From: a virus
IMG/VR virus record: IMGVR_UViG_3300035698_022838
Span: 1 to 64,000 of that record
Length of the DNA: 64,000 bases
Strand: one strand, 5' to 3'
Both the position numbers and the translations under genes were made by a program. The notes beneath the pieces were generated by a model, which saw only the letters and a list, made by a program, of their open reading frames with translations, was not told where the DNA came from and ran no database searches. This document shows positions 28,454 through 38,699 of the stretch, piece by piece (the stretch's first letter is position 1; every line of letters starts with the position of its first letter).

Positions 28454-28844
28454 ATTTTTCTTTATTTTTCTTTAGCTCTTGTATGTATTCATATCCAGCT
28501 GGATCACCAAATACTGCAGCATTCAAAGCAATTTTAAACTCACCAACTAATGCATTGATAACTTCTTCTTTAAGACTATCATGCTCTATACCAATGGAAC
28601 TAAGATCATCTATTGATTCCAGCCATTGGGTGTTCACAAATTCATACACATAATGGCATCTGGCTGGCATTTGCCAATCCACACTAACTCTTTTAATATT
28701 ATGCGTTAATTTTATTTTTTCTTCCATTACCTTGTATTTTAATACACACTCTAAAGCAGTATCTCGTAGATTTTGAGTGTATTCATCACTATCTAATATT
28801 GCATTTGCAACTAAATACCTACCTTTATCGTGATGTATTTCCAT
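28407..28844 (-). CDS. Hypothetical protein
   Basis: 145-aa ORF, coupled to the upstream gene. Confidence 0.55.
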   Translation of the reverse strand: MEIHHDKGRYLVANAILDSDEYTQNLRDTALECVLKYKVMEEKIKLTHNIKRVSVDWQMPARCHYVYEFVNTQWLESIDDLSSIGIEHDSLKEEVINALVGEFKIALNAAVFGDPAGYEYIQELKKNKEKYEDIERRRLQRIQKL

Positions 28845-29596
28845 TATCTTTTGATCAGCTTATTGTTATCTTCATCCCAAATATAACCACAACCATCACT
28901 ATAATATCTCTTTTGATATTCGATTTTATCCTTTATGTGTGCTGGTCCTGTTACTATGGCATCATTATTCCATGTGTAATGTAACGGATTTGCTATTGAC
29001 TTTGGAATTTCACCAGTCTCAACCCAGCGATATTCAATATTCTTATCTCCCTTTTCTTTATCTGGATTATTATTACCAATAAAGCTCCAATGTGCATCAA
29101 AATAATAATGGCTTATTCCACCATTTCGTTTAATCCATCCGGCAGAAAACCTTAACCAATCATCGTAAACACCCTCACTGATAACACCTTTAAGATATGT
29201 TGAATAACAATCCCATTTTCGATTGTCCATTATCCACCCAAGATATCCTTCAGCTTGGTGCCCATAGAACTCATCAGCATCAACTTGTACCATTAAATCT
29301 ATATCATTCTCAATCATCCAAGGGATACATTTATCTCTCGTTGAATGATCAGCTAATAGATCATCAGGTTCAGGTTGGAAAAGATAATCAATTTGCTTAT
29401 CGTCCAATAGTTTTTTTAATAATTCAATAGTTGGGCCATTCAAATTCTCATAGCCCATTTCATTATAAAGTTTGAATTGTCCGCTTCCGACCCAAATTTT
29501 AAGGTCATACTTTTCCTTAAGCTTTACCCAAGGGGTAATCAACTCAATAAAAGTATCTGCACAATTATAAGCTAATACCTGTAATCCTATCTTCAT
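28844..29596 (-). CDS. Glycosyltransferase (GT-A fold)
   Basis: 'AYNC...I' N-terminal nucleotide-sugar strand; DxD 'VDADEFY'. Confidence 0.7.
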   Translation of the reverse strand: MKIGLQVLAYNCADTFIELITPWVKLKEKYDLKIWVGSGQFKLYNEMGYENLNGPTIELLKKLLDDKQIDYLFQPEPDDLLADHSTRDKCIPWMIENDIDLMVQVDADEFYGHQAEGYLGWIMDNRKWDCYSTYLKGVISEGVYDDWLRFSAGWIKRNGGISHYYFDAHWSFIGNNNPDKEKGDKNIEYRWVETGEIPKSIANPLHYTWNNDAIVTGPAHIKDKIEYQKRYYSDGCGYIWDEDNNKLIKR

Positions 29597-29691
29597 ATTT
29601 TTGTTATTTCATTATCTCCTTTGATTGCAATTAAATGTCTATCCCGGTCTCTGTGTACTTTCTTTATATGTTAATTAACTAGGATGTTTCG

Positions 29692-31473
29692 CTAGACATT
29701 AAAGCTAGATAACCATACTTTTCTTGCATCTGCAGATTTACCAAATGCCATCTCAAGCATAGCTGCTGATTTGCGATCCCTTACAATATTGATCATTCTT
29801 TTGTTTTTCATAACAAAATCCCAGTCATCCAATGATAGTGAACCAAGACCTTTTAGATATCTGATCTTACCAAATCTTTTACCTACACTCTCTTTCTTAA
29901 ATTCATCCATTGAATAGAAATAAGTCTTACTTCGTTCACCAACAGAAACTAATGGGGTTTCAAGGAAATAAAGCATTTTACTATTTACAATCCAAGGAAA
30001 CCATTTGAAGAATAGGTTTATTAACAAAGATGTTATATGTGCACCATCCGGATCCTGGTCTGTAGCAATTACTACGTTTTCATATGGGCATTTTAGATCT
30101 GGTCTTTCAATATCAAGATTTAGAATCTGCATAAGTTCTAATATCTCTTTGTTATCTGCAAGACTAGATAAACTACGTGCATTTTTGATCTTACCTTTTA
30201 AAGCATATACACCATCATTAGCAGGATTTCTCTTCTGTAATATTGAACCCATCGCACTTAATCCTTCTACTATGAATAAATTTTTTGCTACTCTTGATGT
30301 TGGTGGAAAATATTTCCTAGAAAATTTAATATTAACTTTCTTCTTATCTTTTCTAATTTGTTTTAAACTCTCTTCGTCTTTCCTTTCTTCAACTTTGGTC
30401 CTGATTTTCTTAAATAACTTTGTAGTATAGAATTTCTTTAGCGAGGATTTGAATGTTGTAACTATTATATTTTCAATCTCTTCCCTCTTTGTTACAAATC
30501 TTGTTTTATTTTGGTCTCTAAATATTACCTTTTTAGGAGGAAGGTTTAGAATCAAACAGAAATCATAAAAGTGATGACCCAAACTATCTTCTAATATACC
30601 ATTGATTTGATCTATTATTATTTTTTGGTGTATTCCTGTACAGTATGCGGAATTTACAAATGATATAGATCCAGAATCCCCGGTCTTTTCCCAAATTAAC
30701 AATTCGCCAATTTTGGTTTTATATGATAACTGTTTAAGTACACTAGTATCAATTGGGATTTCATTACCGTCCCATATGAATTTTACTTTAAGATCCTTTG
30801 TGTTTAACTCAGATTCAAGAACACGTTTCTTTAATATTAATAAAGAGGTGAGTATTCCCTTATCCCATTTACAATTATCAAAAATCTTAGGTAACGGAGA
30901 AAATGTAATGACCGTACCCATTTTATTTCTACCTCTTTTGAGAACCTTTGGCTTAGTTGGTTTGAAATTGTTCCATTCTTGAGAATAATATTCTGTTGGG
31001 TTTGTTGTAGTAACTGAAAAATAGCTGGATAGTGCGTTTACTAAGCTAACACCCATTCCATTGGTACCAATAAGAGTTTCTGATATCTCTTCGTTTTTAA
31101 AATTTGAACCTGCCCTCAATAGTGATAATGCACTAGCAACATTTGTTAATCCACTTTTTTTATTAATTTTAGCTGGATTTACAAAACCTTCCCCTGTATC
31201 ACTTATCTTTATTCTATTTGTCTTAGAATCAACTTCAACTGTTATTGAAGACATTTTCTTCTTCATCCTCTTTGCTTCATCAACAGAATTGGAAAAAACC
31301 TCATCAATAAGTTTATACATGCCAACAGATATTTTATTATCTATTAATGATATTTTATCCTCACTGATAATAGGTGAATGTTCTTCGGTAAGTGTAACTG
31401 AGCCAACATAAATAGTTGGTCTTTGTAGAATGTGTTCAAAGTCACTTAAAACTTCAATATCTTTATTTGTCAT
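29692..31473 (-). CDS. Type IIA topoisomerase, ATPase/TOPRIM subunit (gp39+60/GyrB-like, uninterrupted)
   Basis: 'EHILQRP.IYVGS', 'DEVFSNSVDE', 'DTGEG', 'GTNGMGVSLVNALS', 'VEGLSA', 'ALKGK', 'TDQDPDGAHI', 'YLKGLGS'. Confidence 0.96.
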   Translation of the reverse strand: MTNKDIEVLSDFEHILQRPTIYVGSVTLTEEHSPIISEDKISLIDNKISVGMYKLIDEVFSNSVDEAKRMKKKMSSITVEVDSKTNRIKISDTGEGFVNPAKINKKSGLTNVASALSLLRAGSNFKNEEISETLIGTNGMGVSLVNALSSYFSVTTTNPTEYYSQEWNNFKPTKPKVLKRGRNKMGTVITFSPLPKIFDNCKWDKGILTSLLILKKRVLESELNTKDLKVKFIWDGNEIPIDTSVLKQLSYKTKIGELLIWEKTGDSGSISFVNSAYCTGIHQKIIIDQINGILEDSLGHHFYDFCLILNLPPKKVIFRDQNKTRFVTKREEIENIIVTTFKSSLKKFYTTKLFKKIRTKVEERKDEESLKQIRKDKKKVNIKFSRKYFPPTSRVAKNLFIVEGLSAMGSILQKRNPANDGVYALKGKIKNARSLSSLADNKEILELMQILNLDIERPDLKCPYENVVIATDQDPDGAHITSLLINLFFKWFPWIVNSKMLYFLETPLVSVGERSKTYFYSMDEFKKESVGKRFGKIRYLKGLGSLSLDDWDFVMKNKRMINIVRDRKSAAMLEMAFGKSADARKVWLSSFNV

Positions 31474-31520
31474 TTATAATTTATTTAGCATTATACTATG
31501 ATGTCGATATTTAATTTCAC

Positions 31521-31547
31521 AAAAAAAGTGGGTATTTATCCCACTTT
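31521..31547 (-). terminator. Intrinsic terminator
   Basis: A-tract+GTGGG...CCCACTTT. Confidence 0.75.
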
Positions 31548-31576
31548 GCTGTATTATTTCGTTTATAATCAATTAT

Positions 31577-32098
31577 TTACTTATTCGTATAATAGATTTC
31601 TTCGATTTGTTCTGGTTTAATCTTTGCCTTATATTCATCACCCTTTCCTTTAAGAGAATGTGGAATCCCTATAATTAATCCATCTTCAACACCAACTATT
31701 TCAAATTCTGAATCGAAAAAGAGGTTTCGTTTTTCACCAAATCTATTTATGTCAAAGTTAAAATCTCCATCATCTGTGTCCATTTCACTATCTTTTCCAA
31801 TCTTAGCTTTATGTATACTGGCTAATCTTTCTCTTTCCTTTGATATAACCTCTTTTATATAATCAGGAGCACCCTTTCCTTGTGTTGGTATATCAGCAAC
31901 TACTGTTATTTTTGTAATTATACCAGCTTTTTTATCTGCTAATAACTCTGTTATTTTAGCAGCTACTTTAGAATATGGTAATTCAACATCAGATGTAGCC
32001 TTTATATTTTTCTGGGATTCAACCTCATTATAAACAGGAACCTTAGATGATTCATTTATATAGTTAGAAAAATCCTCGAATTCTTTTAAATTATCCAT
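31577..32098 (-). CDS. Putative internal head protein (CTS-like N-terminus)
   Basis: Starts MDNLKEFEDFSNYINE; GATATATA at 32117-32124. Confidence 0.55.
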   Translation of the reverse strand: MDNLKEFEDFSNYINESSKVPVYNEVESQKNIKATSDVELPYSKVAAKITELLADKKAGIITKITVVADIPTQGKGAPDYIKEVISKERERLASIHKAKIGKDSEMDTDDGDFNFDINRFGEKRNLFFDSEFEIVGVEDGLIIGIPHSLKGKGDEYKAKIKPEQIEEIYYTNK

Positions 32099-32142
32099 AT
32101 TGTAATTTATTTTATCTATATATCATAAACAACATTTAGCTT

Positions 32143-33420
32143 TTACCTCTTTTTCGTTAGTTTACTAGCGGCCTTCTGTTGTTTGATTGCTTCTGCTTTT
32201 TTTGCTGCAGCTTGTTTATAATGAGTATAGTTTTTTGAAAGTCTTTCCCTTTCTCCCTCTTGTATATATTGGAAAAAATCAGCTTTTATAACATCTTGCA
32301 TTTTTTCAGCACCAATTTCAGGATTACCAGTTTTAAATGCAGCAATAGAATATTCATCAAGTAATCTCCATTGCCATATTTCAGGTTCAACAAAAAGGAT
32401 ATCAGATGTTCCTGGATTTTTAATCGCCATACTAGCATAGGTAAAAGCTAAAACGAATCTATCTTGTTCTCTTAATTTTCTAACTACATGGAAAGCTGCT
32501 TCGAGTCTTTCTGGTCTATATTCCCATGCTTTTGAATATGCCATTACAACCTCATCAGGATGTCTTCCCAATTGTTCTTTTAGTCTCCCTATCATATAAA
32601 GTGAATAGTAAACCTCTTCTGCCCATCCACCAGCATCAACTCTTCTCTGGTAGTTTTCTATGGACTTTAACTTTTGATTAGAATCTCTGTAACTTTGAGC
32701 CAAATAAAACATATATCTACTATTTGTTGGCTCTTTCTCTAATGCATCTTCTAATGTCTTAGCATCATTAGCATATTTTTCCTCAAGACTATTAGCTCTT
32801 TTTAGTGGACTGATATTAGCATTAACTAAACAAATATCACCTGGTAGTTGATATTGCTGTATATTAGGCTTACCTGGTAAATCAAGATATTCATGCAAAA
32901 CTCCGCAATAAACCCAATCTTGATCAGATCTAATTATCTGTGCTCTGTGATACTGAAGGCTATTTAATCTGTATAATATTTGCAAACAATCTGCATGCTC
33001 TGGTACATAATGAAATGGATTTACGTTTGGATCTTGTACTTCAAAAGTATCATCAGCATCAATAATCCATCGATAATCGCATTTTCCTTTAGATAGTTCT
33101 AAGCTTTCCGTTCTATTTGTCCCAAAATCAACCCAAGGTCTTTCGTGAATTTCACCCTTTAGACCAAGTTCTTCAGTAACTGCCTTTAATTCGTCGAGTG
33201 TATTATCAGTTGACCCGGTGTCAACTATTACATATTCTGAAATATATGGTGCAACTTTAGTTATACATTTTCTGATTGTATCTTCTTCATCCTTGATAAT
33301 CATAACCAAACAAAGACTTATAGCTTGTTTAGTTTTATCGATTTTTGGGGTGTTTGTCGGTCTAGTTTGTTTTTGGAAACTAGTATTTTTCTTTTTCTTA
33401 TTGCTTTTCTTAGAGCCCAT
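32143..33420 (-). CDS. GT2 glycosyltransferase with TPR repeats
   Basis: 'LCLVMIIKDE...I..C', 'VDTGSTD.T', 'WVDFG.NR', 'IDAD', 'GVLHE', 'PTNSRYMFYLAQSY.D', TPR helices. Confidence 0.9.
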   Translation of the reverse strand: MGSKKSNKKKKNTSFQKQTRPTNTPKIDKTKQAISLCLVMIIKDEEDTIRKCITKVAPYISEYVIVDTGSTDNTLDELKAVTEELGLKGEIHERPWVDFGTNRTESLELSKGKCDYRWIIDADDTFEVQDPNVNPFHYVPEHADCLQILYRLNSLQYHRAQIIRSDQDWVYCGVLHEYLDLPGKPNIQQYQLPGDICLVNANISPLKRANSLEEKYANDAKTLEDALEKEPTNSRYMFYLAQSYRDSNQKLKSIENYQRRVDAGGWAEEVYYSLYMIGRLKEQLGRHPDEVVMAYSKAWEYRPERLEAAFHVVRKLREQDRFVLAFTYASMAIKNPGTSDILFVEPEIWQWRLLDEYSIAAFKTGNPEIGAEKMQDVIKADFFQYIQEGERERLSKNYTHYKQAAAKKAEAIKQQKAASKLTKKR

Positions 33421-33480
33421 TACTAATATTGATTAATAAATATTTATACTTATAGAGAAATGATCCGAAAAGATTTCATA

Positions 33481-34164
33481 TTACATTGGGTTAACAGATA
33501 TTATACGTTCAAGTATAATATCACTATTATAAGCGATTGAAAACTCCCCGATAATTTTGATATTTTTACGTTTTAAGGTAGAATATAGCTCGATATTCAG
33601 AAGACCTGATTCGTTACTTAAATATGTTTCATCTATAACTTCATCAGTTTTAGTAACAAACTTAGATCTACTCATATTTTTACCGTTCCAATAAACAAGT
33701 GTTAAACCATCAAGATTTCCATCTAATATTTTAATTACGTGATTATCCCTTAAACATTCTATTTTCATAGTACATTTCCCATCTATATCACTTGTAAATG
33801 ATAACATAGAATAACCTCTACCTTCTAGTAAACCTGAGATTGTATTATTTTGGATTGAAAAAATTGATAGTGAACCAATAAACCTATGCTTTTTGAATTT
33901 AACGTTAAGATCATTAAGTATTTTTTCAGCTATAGTAATTAATATATCTATATTATATTTTTTATTAAAGTAAAAATGTAGGAATGCTTGTGGCTTTTTG
34001 ATAAATTTACACATAGGAGTTTCTAACTTCTCCTCTACTATTCTATCACTTAACAATGAGCTTATTGTGAAAATTTGATTTACTTCAGATTCATTAACCT
34101 TTTCTCTATCTGCAAGCTCAGTTTCAAAATTTAAGATGAAATCATCTAATAAATTCTCTTTCAT
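33481..34164 (-). CDS. Hypothetical protein
   Basis: 227-aa ORF. Confidence 0.6.
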   Translation of the reverse strand: MKENLLDDFILNFETELADREKVNESEVNQIFTISSLLSDRIVEEKLETPMCKFIKKPQAFLHFYFNKKYNIDILITIAEKILNDLNVKFKKHRFIGSLSIFSIQNNTISGLLEGRGYSMLSFTSDIDGKCTMKIECLRDNHVIKILDGNLDGLTLVYWNGKNMSRSKFVTKTDEVIDETYLSNESGLLNIELYSTLKRKNIKIIGEFSIAYNSDIILERIISVNPM

Positions 34165-34186
34165 TTTCAGTATACGTTAATTAAAA

Positions 34187-34822
34187 TTAGGCTTTCTTAC
34201 TTGATTTTGATACACCAAGTATTTTAGTAGCTTCTTTATATACATCTCTTATTTTTTGGGATGCATCTAATTTTATTAAGCGTCTACTTTTTTTGTATTT
34301 TTCTATGATTGGTACAGTTTTTTCACGATATTCTTTAAATCTTCTTTCTATAGTTTCTTCGTTCTTATCATCTTCTCTTCCTTCTCTTTCTGCTCGTCCC
34401 ATTATTCTTTTTTTAGCAGTTTCTTCCCCAACCTCTAAATAGATACAATGGTTTAAAGAAACCCCTAACTTACCAAAGATAGAGTCAAGGAGTTTAGTTT
34501 GTTTTACTGTTCTTGGAAATCCATCTATAATTATATTTTTAGAAAAATCTATTTTTCTGAGTCTTTTTCTTAGTAATCTACCTATTGCACGATCAGAAAC
34601 TAATCCTCCACTAGAACTAGTTTTTTTTAATTCTTTATCTTCTGATGATCTTATTAGATCACCTGTAGAAATATGCACAAAACCATTGTTATCTGCAAGC
34701 TTCTCTGAAATAGTACCTTTACCAGAACCCGGAGGTCCTAACATAATTATAATTTTGCCCTGTTTATCCGGAATCTGCATTTCATTAAGAAATGTTGAAA
34801 AATCCACTGCTTTATCTACCAT
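34187..34822 (-). CDS. adk: Adenylate kinase (short, LID-less type) with CTS-like N-terminal extension
   Basis: 'MLGPPGSGKGT', 'HISTGDLIR', 'IDGFPRT..Q', 'R.DD..ETI..RF..Y...T.P'; leader MVDKAVDFSTFLNE. Confidence 0.92.
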   Translation of the reverse strand: MVDKAVDFSTFLNEMQIPDKQGKIIIMLGPPGSGKGTISEKLADNNGFVHISTGDLIRSSEDKELKKTSSSGGLVSDRAIGRLLRKRLRKIDFSKNIIIDGFPRTVKQTKLLDSIFGKLGVSLNHCIYLEVGEETAKKRIMGRAEREGREDDKNEETIERRFKEYREKTVPIIEKYKKSRRLIKLDASQKIRDVYKEATKILGVSKSSKKA

Positions 34823-34908
34823 CTATGTTTTAATAATTTTAAGCTTTAAAACTCTTTCGATGGCTTATATATCCTTGGTAATAGTAAAAATTAATAATTA
34901 TGTCCGTA

Positions 34909-35268
34909 TTACATCAGGGGTATAAATTGACCACAAGCTACATCCTTTTCAAGCCGTAATATTGGATCGGGGTTATACATACATTTGCCATTTTGATTTT
35001 CTTTGATAACATCACCAGGTCTATGATATCCTCGTTGCCAATAGTCACAATTAGCACAAATTCTTTCAAGTGGTTTAGTGTTACAGTTCTTCGGCCAATG
35101 TAGTTCATCTTTCAACTTATTACCCATATCAGCAGCTTGCTTTGCATGAAACTTACTTTTACCATGTGTAGCAACATGTTGTTTTCCATCATCATCAATA
35201 CCCAATATTACTAAGTGGGTAAAATCAAACTGTTCTCTAATTTCCTTTACATCATTAATTTTTATCAT
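34909..35268 (-). CDS. Cys-rich hypothetical protein
   Basis: C.NC.YW...C...CG.F. Confidence 0.6.
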   Translation of the reverse strand: MIKINDVKEIREQFDFTHLVILGIDDDGKQHVATHGKSKFHAKQAADMGNKLKDELHWPKNCNTKPLERICANCDYWQRGYHRPGDVIKENQNGKCMYNPDPILRLEKDVACGQFIPLM

Positions 35269-35293
35269 TTTAATATTTTTAGAAAATTTGAAA

Positions 35294-35797
35294 TTAATAA
35301 TTACCTCTTACCTGACGCTCGCGATTTTCTTTGTTTTTAGCCGCGTACATATTGGTTATTAATTCTGGGGTTAAACCAATAGCAATAGCTTCATTGAACA
35401 TAAAGTGCATCTTATCAATCCACTCATACTGTAATTCAATAACTTCTTCCTTAGTAAGATCCGAAAAAGATCTATTCATCGCCTCATCATGTTTTGCTTT
35501 CCAGGGTTTCCAGCATCTTGGGTAACTATGAATACCTGTTATAGCATCTTGCAATTCTCTATCCTCATCTCTGATTGCCTCTTCGTTCCAGTCAACAAAA
35601 GCTTTTAATGATCTAATTGATGATCTGATTACATCAAAATCGTACCCATAAATTTGTTCTTGTATACCTTTTTGCATATTGAATAAAAATGCTAAAGCAT
35701 CTTTACCGTTACTTTTTAATTCTAAGTATTCATCATCTACTTTAAGATGCGCACATTGTGTTATTCCACTCATTCCTGTTATATTTTCTTTTTCCAT
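35294..35797 (-). CDS. Dimeric all-alpha dUTPase/dCTPase (T4 gp56-like)
   Basis: 'E.RE', 'WKPWK', 'EWID..HF', 'Y..KN.EN..RQ..GY'. Confidence 0.85.
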   Translation of the reverse strand: MEKENITGMSGITQCAHLKVDDEYLELKSNGKDALAFLFNMQKGIQEQIYGYDFDVIRSSIRSLKAFVDWNEEAIRDEDRELQDAITGIHSYPRCWKPWKAKHDEAMNRSFSDLTKEEVIELQYEWIDKMHFMFNEAIAIGLTPELITNMYAAKNKENRERQVRGNY

Positions 35798-35802
35798 TTT
35801 AT

Positions 35803-37203
35803 TTACATTTTTTCATATTCTCTTTCCATTAGATCTATATCGATTTGCATTTTAAGCATTCGTTTTTTTGTAGCTTTTCTTTGTGCATATAAATCTTTAA
35901 CTATAATCTTTAGGATTGGTTTTTCATTGTCACCGCCAAATACTGCACCAGAACAAGTTTTAATCCAGCCATCCTTAATACTTTCAAAGTTTTTCCCTTT
36001 ATATACTTCTGGTGATATTCCCCATTGAACAATTACATTTGGGTATAGCGAAGCAAAATCATAACAAGCAACCCACTCATGCAGACCTCTTATCGGTTCT
36101 TTAACATATCCACCAGTAAATTTCACATGTGTTTCATCCTTCCGTTCGTTTACAAAAACCTGTTTACGTTCTAAGAATTTTTTAAGCATCATTACTTCTG
36201 TAGACCAAACAGGTGAAAGAGCTCTACTAATTTCCACTGTATTTAGGTTTGCTATTTTGAAGTAAGTTAGCATTGTTTTTAGCTTAACATCTATATAATG
36301 CACCAATGCACAGTCAATAACATTATAAAGAATAAACTTAGGAAAATCTGACTGATAAAGATCTCTTAATGAACCATCATATGATATTTTCTTTAACCCC
36401 GTAGCTTTTTCAGCAACATAATCTAATCTATTACTTTCCTTAATCTTAATTACTCTGTCCCATTTTTTATAAATCTCCAGATAATCGACCATTGTTAAGT
36501 GCATAGGTAAACTATTTTTACCAATTAGATATTTACCAGGGGATACTATTTTAGGATCTATACCTAATTTTCTAGCTCTATTGATAAGATATGGCCAGTC
36601 ATATCCAAACCAATTCCAGCCTGTAATCAAAGCCATTTTAGGAGCAAAATCTTTGAAAAATGTATATAGCATATCATATTCACTTTCAAATTGCTTATAT
36701 TTAAACGTCCACTCATCACCCATAGGTTCCAAGTATTTATTTATTCTCTTGTAGATATCACCTTGTTCTTCTGCTGTTAACGGATCTAGCCCAAACACTA
36801 TAGATTTACATTTATCAGTTGCTACTGCTATCGAGAGTACCTTATTCGGGGTATTTACAGTATCTAATGCATCCTTCATCTCATTGGTCATCTCAACCTC
36901 AATATCAATAAAGTATTTTTTAGGTGTTTGGTATTCCCATAATGGTTTAGTTAGTTCAGGATCTGCCTCGTTTAACATCTGGACCATTCGATATTTATCA
37001 TATCTTTGAGTTGGGACTTTACGAATCGGAAAACCATTCCAAGTTTTCCATTCTGGATCCCTTCTTCGGTCTGATTGTGAACATACTTCCCATATAAATC
37101 TTTCTTCTTCCGGTATTGGGATCTGTATGAATATACGATCTCCTTCTTCAGAAAATGAAGAAACTCTTAAATAAGTTCCTTTGTTTTCAATGTCTGTTAT
37201 CAT
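35803..37203 (-). CDS. Family B DNA polymerase, N-terminal subunit (3'-5' exonuclease plus palm motif A; gp43A-like)
   Basis: ExoI 'IDIEV', ExoII 'TGWN..GYD.PY', 'LDYVAE', ExoIII 'YN..D', 'GGYVKEP', motif A 'YDFASLYPN'; ends in fingers helix O 'LYAQRK..KK.ML'. Confidence 0.95.
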   Translation of the reverse strand: MITDIENKGTYLRVSSFSEEGDRIFIQIPIPEEERFIWEVCSQSDRRRDPEWKTWNGFPIRKVPTQRYDKYRMVQMLNEADPELTKPLWEYQTPKKYFIDIEVEMTNEMKDALDTVNTPNKVLSIAVATDKCKSIVFGLDPLTAEEQGDIYKRINKYLEPMGDEWTFKYKQFESEYDMLYTFFKDFAPKMALITGWNWFGYDWPYLINRARKLGIDPKIVSPGKYLIGKNSLPMHLTMVDYLEIYKKWDRVIKIKESNRLDYVAEKATGLKKISYDGSLRDLYQSDFPKFILYNVIDCALVHYIDVKLKTMLTYFKIANLNTVEISRALSPVWSTEVMMLKKFLERKQVFVNERKDETHVKFTGGYVKEPIRGLHEWVACYDFASLYPNVIVQWGISPEVYKGKNFESIKDGWIKTCSGAVFGGDNEKPILKIIVKDLYAQRKATKKRMLKMQIDIDLMEREYEKM

Positions 37204-37258
37204 CTATTATTTTTTAATTGAATCCGATTCTGGGTTATTCGGATTGATATATAAGTAT

Positions 37259-37582
37259 ATGAATGAAAAGATCAAAAGTTTCGAGAATTTTCTCCTTGAG
37301 TTCTACACATCAGATGCTCCGGGGAGTGTAGTAGTACCAGGAAATTGGTATAAAGATACCGTTAACTCACGTAATTATAAGCCTGCACATAGTCAAACAC
37401 CACAGGTAGTAGATGCAATGTATCAAACAACAGATTTATATAATTATCTTGATACTTTAGAAGAAGAAGAAGAATTTAATAATATATTAAAAGACGGAAA
37501 AAAAGGACCGAAGGAATTAATCAAATATTTAAAGCAAAGAATACACGACGAACTTTCTCCAACAGCAAAGACATCAAAATAA
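37259..37582 (+). CDS. Putative internal head protein (CTS-like N-terminus)
   Basis: ATG at 37259 gives MNEKIKSFENFLLE; GATATATA at 37246-37253. Confidence 0.55.
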   Translation: MNEKIKSFENFLLEFYTSDAPGSVVVPGNWYKDTVNSRNYKPAHSQTPQVVDAMYQTTDLYNYLDTLEEEEEFNNILKDGKKGPKELIKYLKQRIHDELSPTAKTSK

Positions 37583-37594
37583 AGACAATTTACA

Positions 37595-38425
37595 TTGAAA
37601 ATCAACAAAGTCCCTTTAATAAAGGAATCTTACTACGCGGAAGCGCACCCAAAAGATTCCATATTCTTACACCATACCCAAGGCCATAATAGACCCGATT
37701 GGGTAATAAAATCATGGGGAAGAGAAAGAGCAACATCAACAAACAAGATAAGATCCGGAGTTTCCTATGTAATAGGGGGCACTGATATTCTTACGTTAGA
37801 TGAAAACTATGATGGAATAATAGCAGAAGCATTTAAGCCCAATTTCTGGTCACACCACCTTTACATTAAAGCAAAAAGTAATACATTCTTAAACCAAAAA
37901 AGTATTGGTATTGAGATTTGTAATTATGGAGATCTGATTAATACGTTAGATGGTGAATTTTACACATCAACAAATATACCAATCGATCCAAAATATGTGA
38001 TAGAATTAAATGAACCATTTAGAGGTTCTAAATATTTCCACTCATATACAGAAAGTCAAATAGAATCATTAAGGTTACTATTATTGAAATTAGCTAAAGA
38101 GTTTGAGATAGATTTAGCTAAAGGATTAAAAAGGGAATTGAATAAAACGATTAAAGAAATGCCTAAATTCCATACTGTATTCGAAGGTAAAAAATGGTTA
38201 AACCATAACGGATTTACTGATAACAGAGGTAAAAGACTACATGAGAACAACAGGGAGGATTCTAATTATACACAGGCAGCAGCATCTGTTGGTAAAAGTG
38301 CATTCGATTTAGCACCAAATGCATTAAAAGGCTACCCAGGCCTCTGGTCACATACTAATGTAAGAATAGATAAAAAAGGTATTTATCCACACCCATTAAT
38401 TATAGAACTTATTAACTCTTTTTAA
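37595..38425 (+). CDS. N-acetylmuramoyl-L-alanine amidase (Amidase_2), probable endolysin
   Basis: 'IFLHHT', 'W..H', 'N..SIGIEICNYG', 'YT..QI.SL..L', 'SH.NVR.DK'. Confidence 0.85.
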   Translation: MKINKVPLIKESYYAEAHPKDSIFLHHTQGHNRPDWVIKSWGRERATSTNKIRSGVSYVIGGTDILTLDENYDGIIAEAFKPNFWSHHLYIKAKSNTFLNQKSIGIEICNYGDLINTLDGEFYTSTNIPIDPKYVIELNEPFRGSKYFHSYTESQIESLRLLLLKLAKEFEIDLAKGLKRELNKTIKEMPKFHTVFEGKKWLNHNGFTDNRGKRLHENNREDSNYTQAAASVGKSAFDLAPNALKGYPGLWSHTNVRIDKKGIYPHPLIIELINSF

Positions 38426-38634
38426 TCTGAGTTAAACCTATTCTTATATTTTTTTACTGTTTTATCAAACAATTCAGAGGTTTTTGTTCGATCTTTATCT
38501 AAGATAATAGATAATTTTCGTATACATTCTTCCTTTTTTAGAACTCCTCTATATTCAGGATCTTTAGATCTCATATCCAATTCAGATGCAAATTCTTTTG
38601 CGACCCTATGTAGCATTTCTTCGTTTCTATCCAT
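38422..38634 (-). CDS. Hypothetical protein
   Basis: 70-aa ORF. Confidence 0.5.
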   Translation of the reverse strand: MDRNEEMLHRVAKEFASELDMRSKDPEYRGVLKKEECIRKLSIILDKDRTKTSELFDKTVKKYKNRFNSD

Positions 38635-38669
38635 AAAAAAGCTCGATTTAATTATTTAAGTCGAGCTTC
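38635..38669 (-). terminator. Intrinsic terminator after hsp20
   Basis: AAAAAAGCTCGAT...GTCGAGCTT. Confidence 0.65.
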
Positions 38670-38699
38670 TTAGTGTAATGAGGTTATATTATTTCACCA

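Noticed and set aside
29600-29660. Leader mini-ORF (AAAGGAGATA-ATG AAA TAA) before the glycosyltransferase
   Set aside because: Single instance in a genome that otherwise lacks SD sites; may be chance or a gene remnant
29692-31473. T4 gene 60-type translational bypass or a split topoisomerase large subunit
   Set aside because: ATPase and TOPRIM domains lie in one uninterrupted ORF
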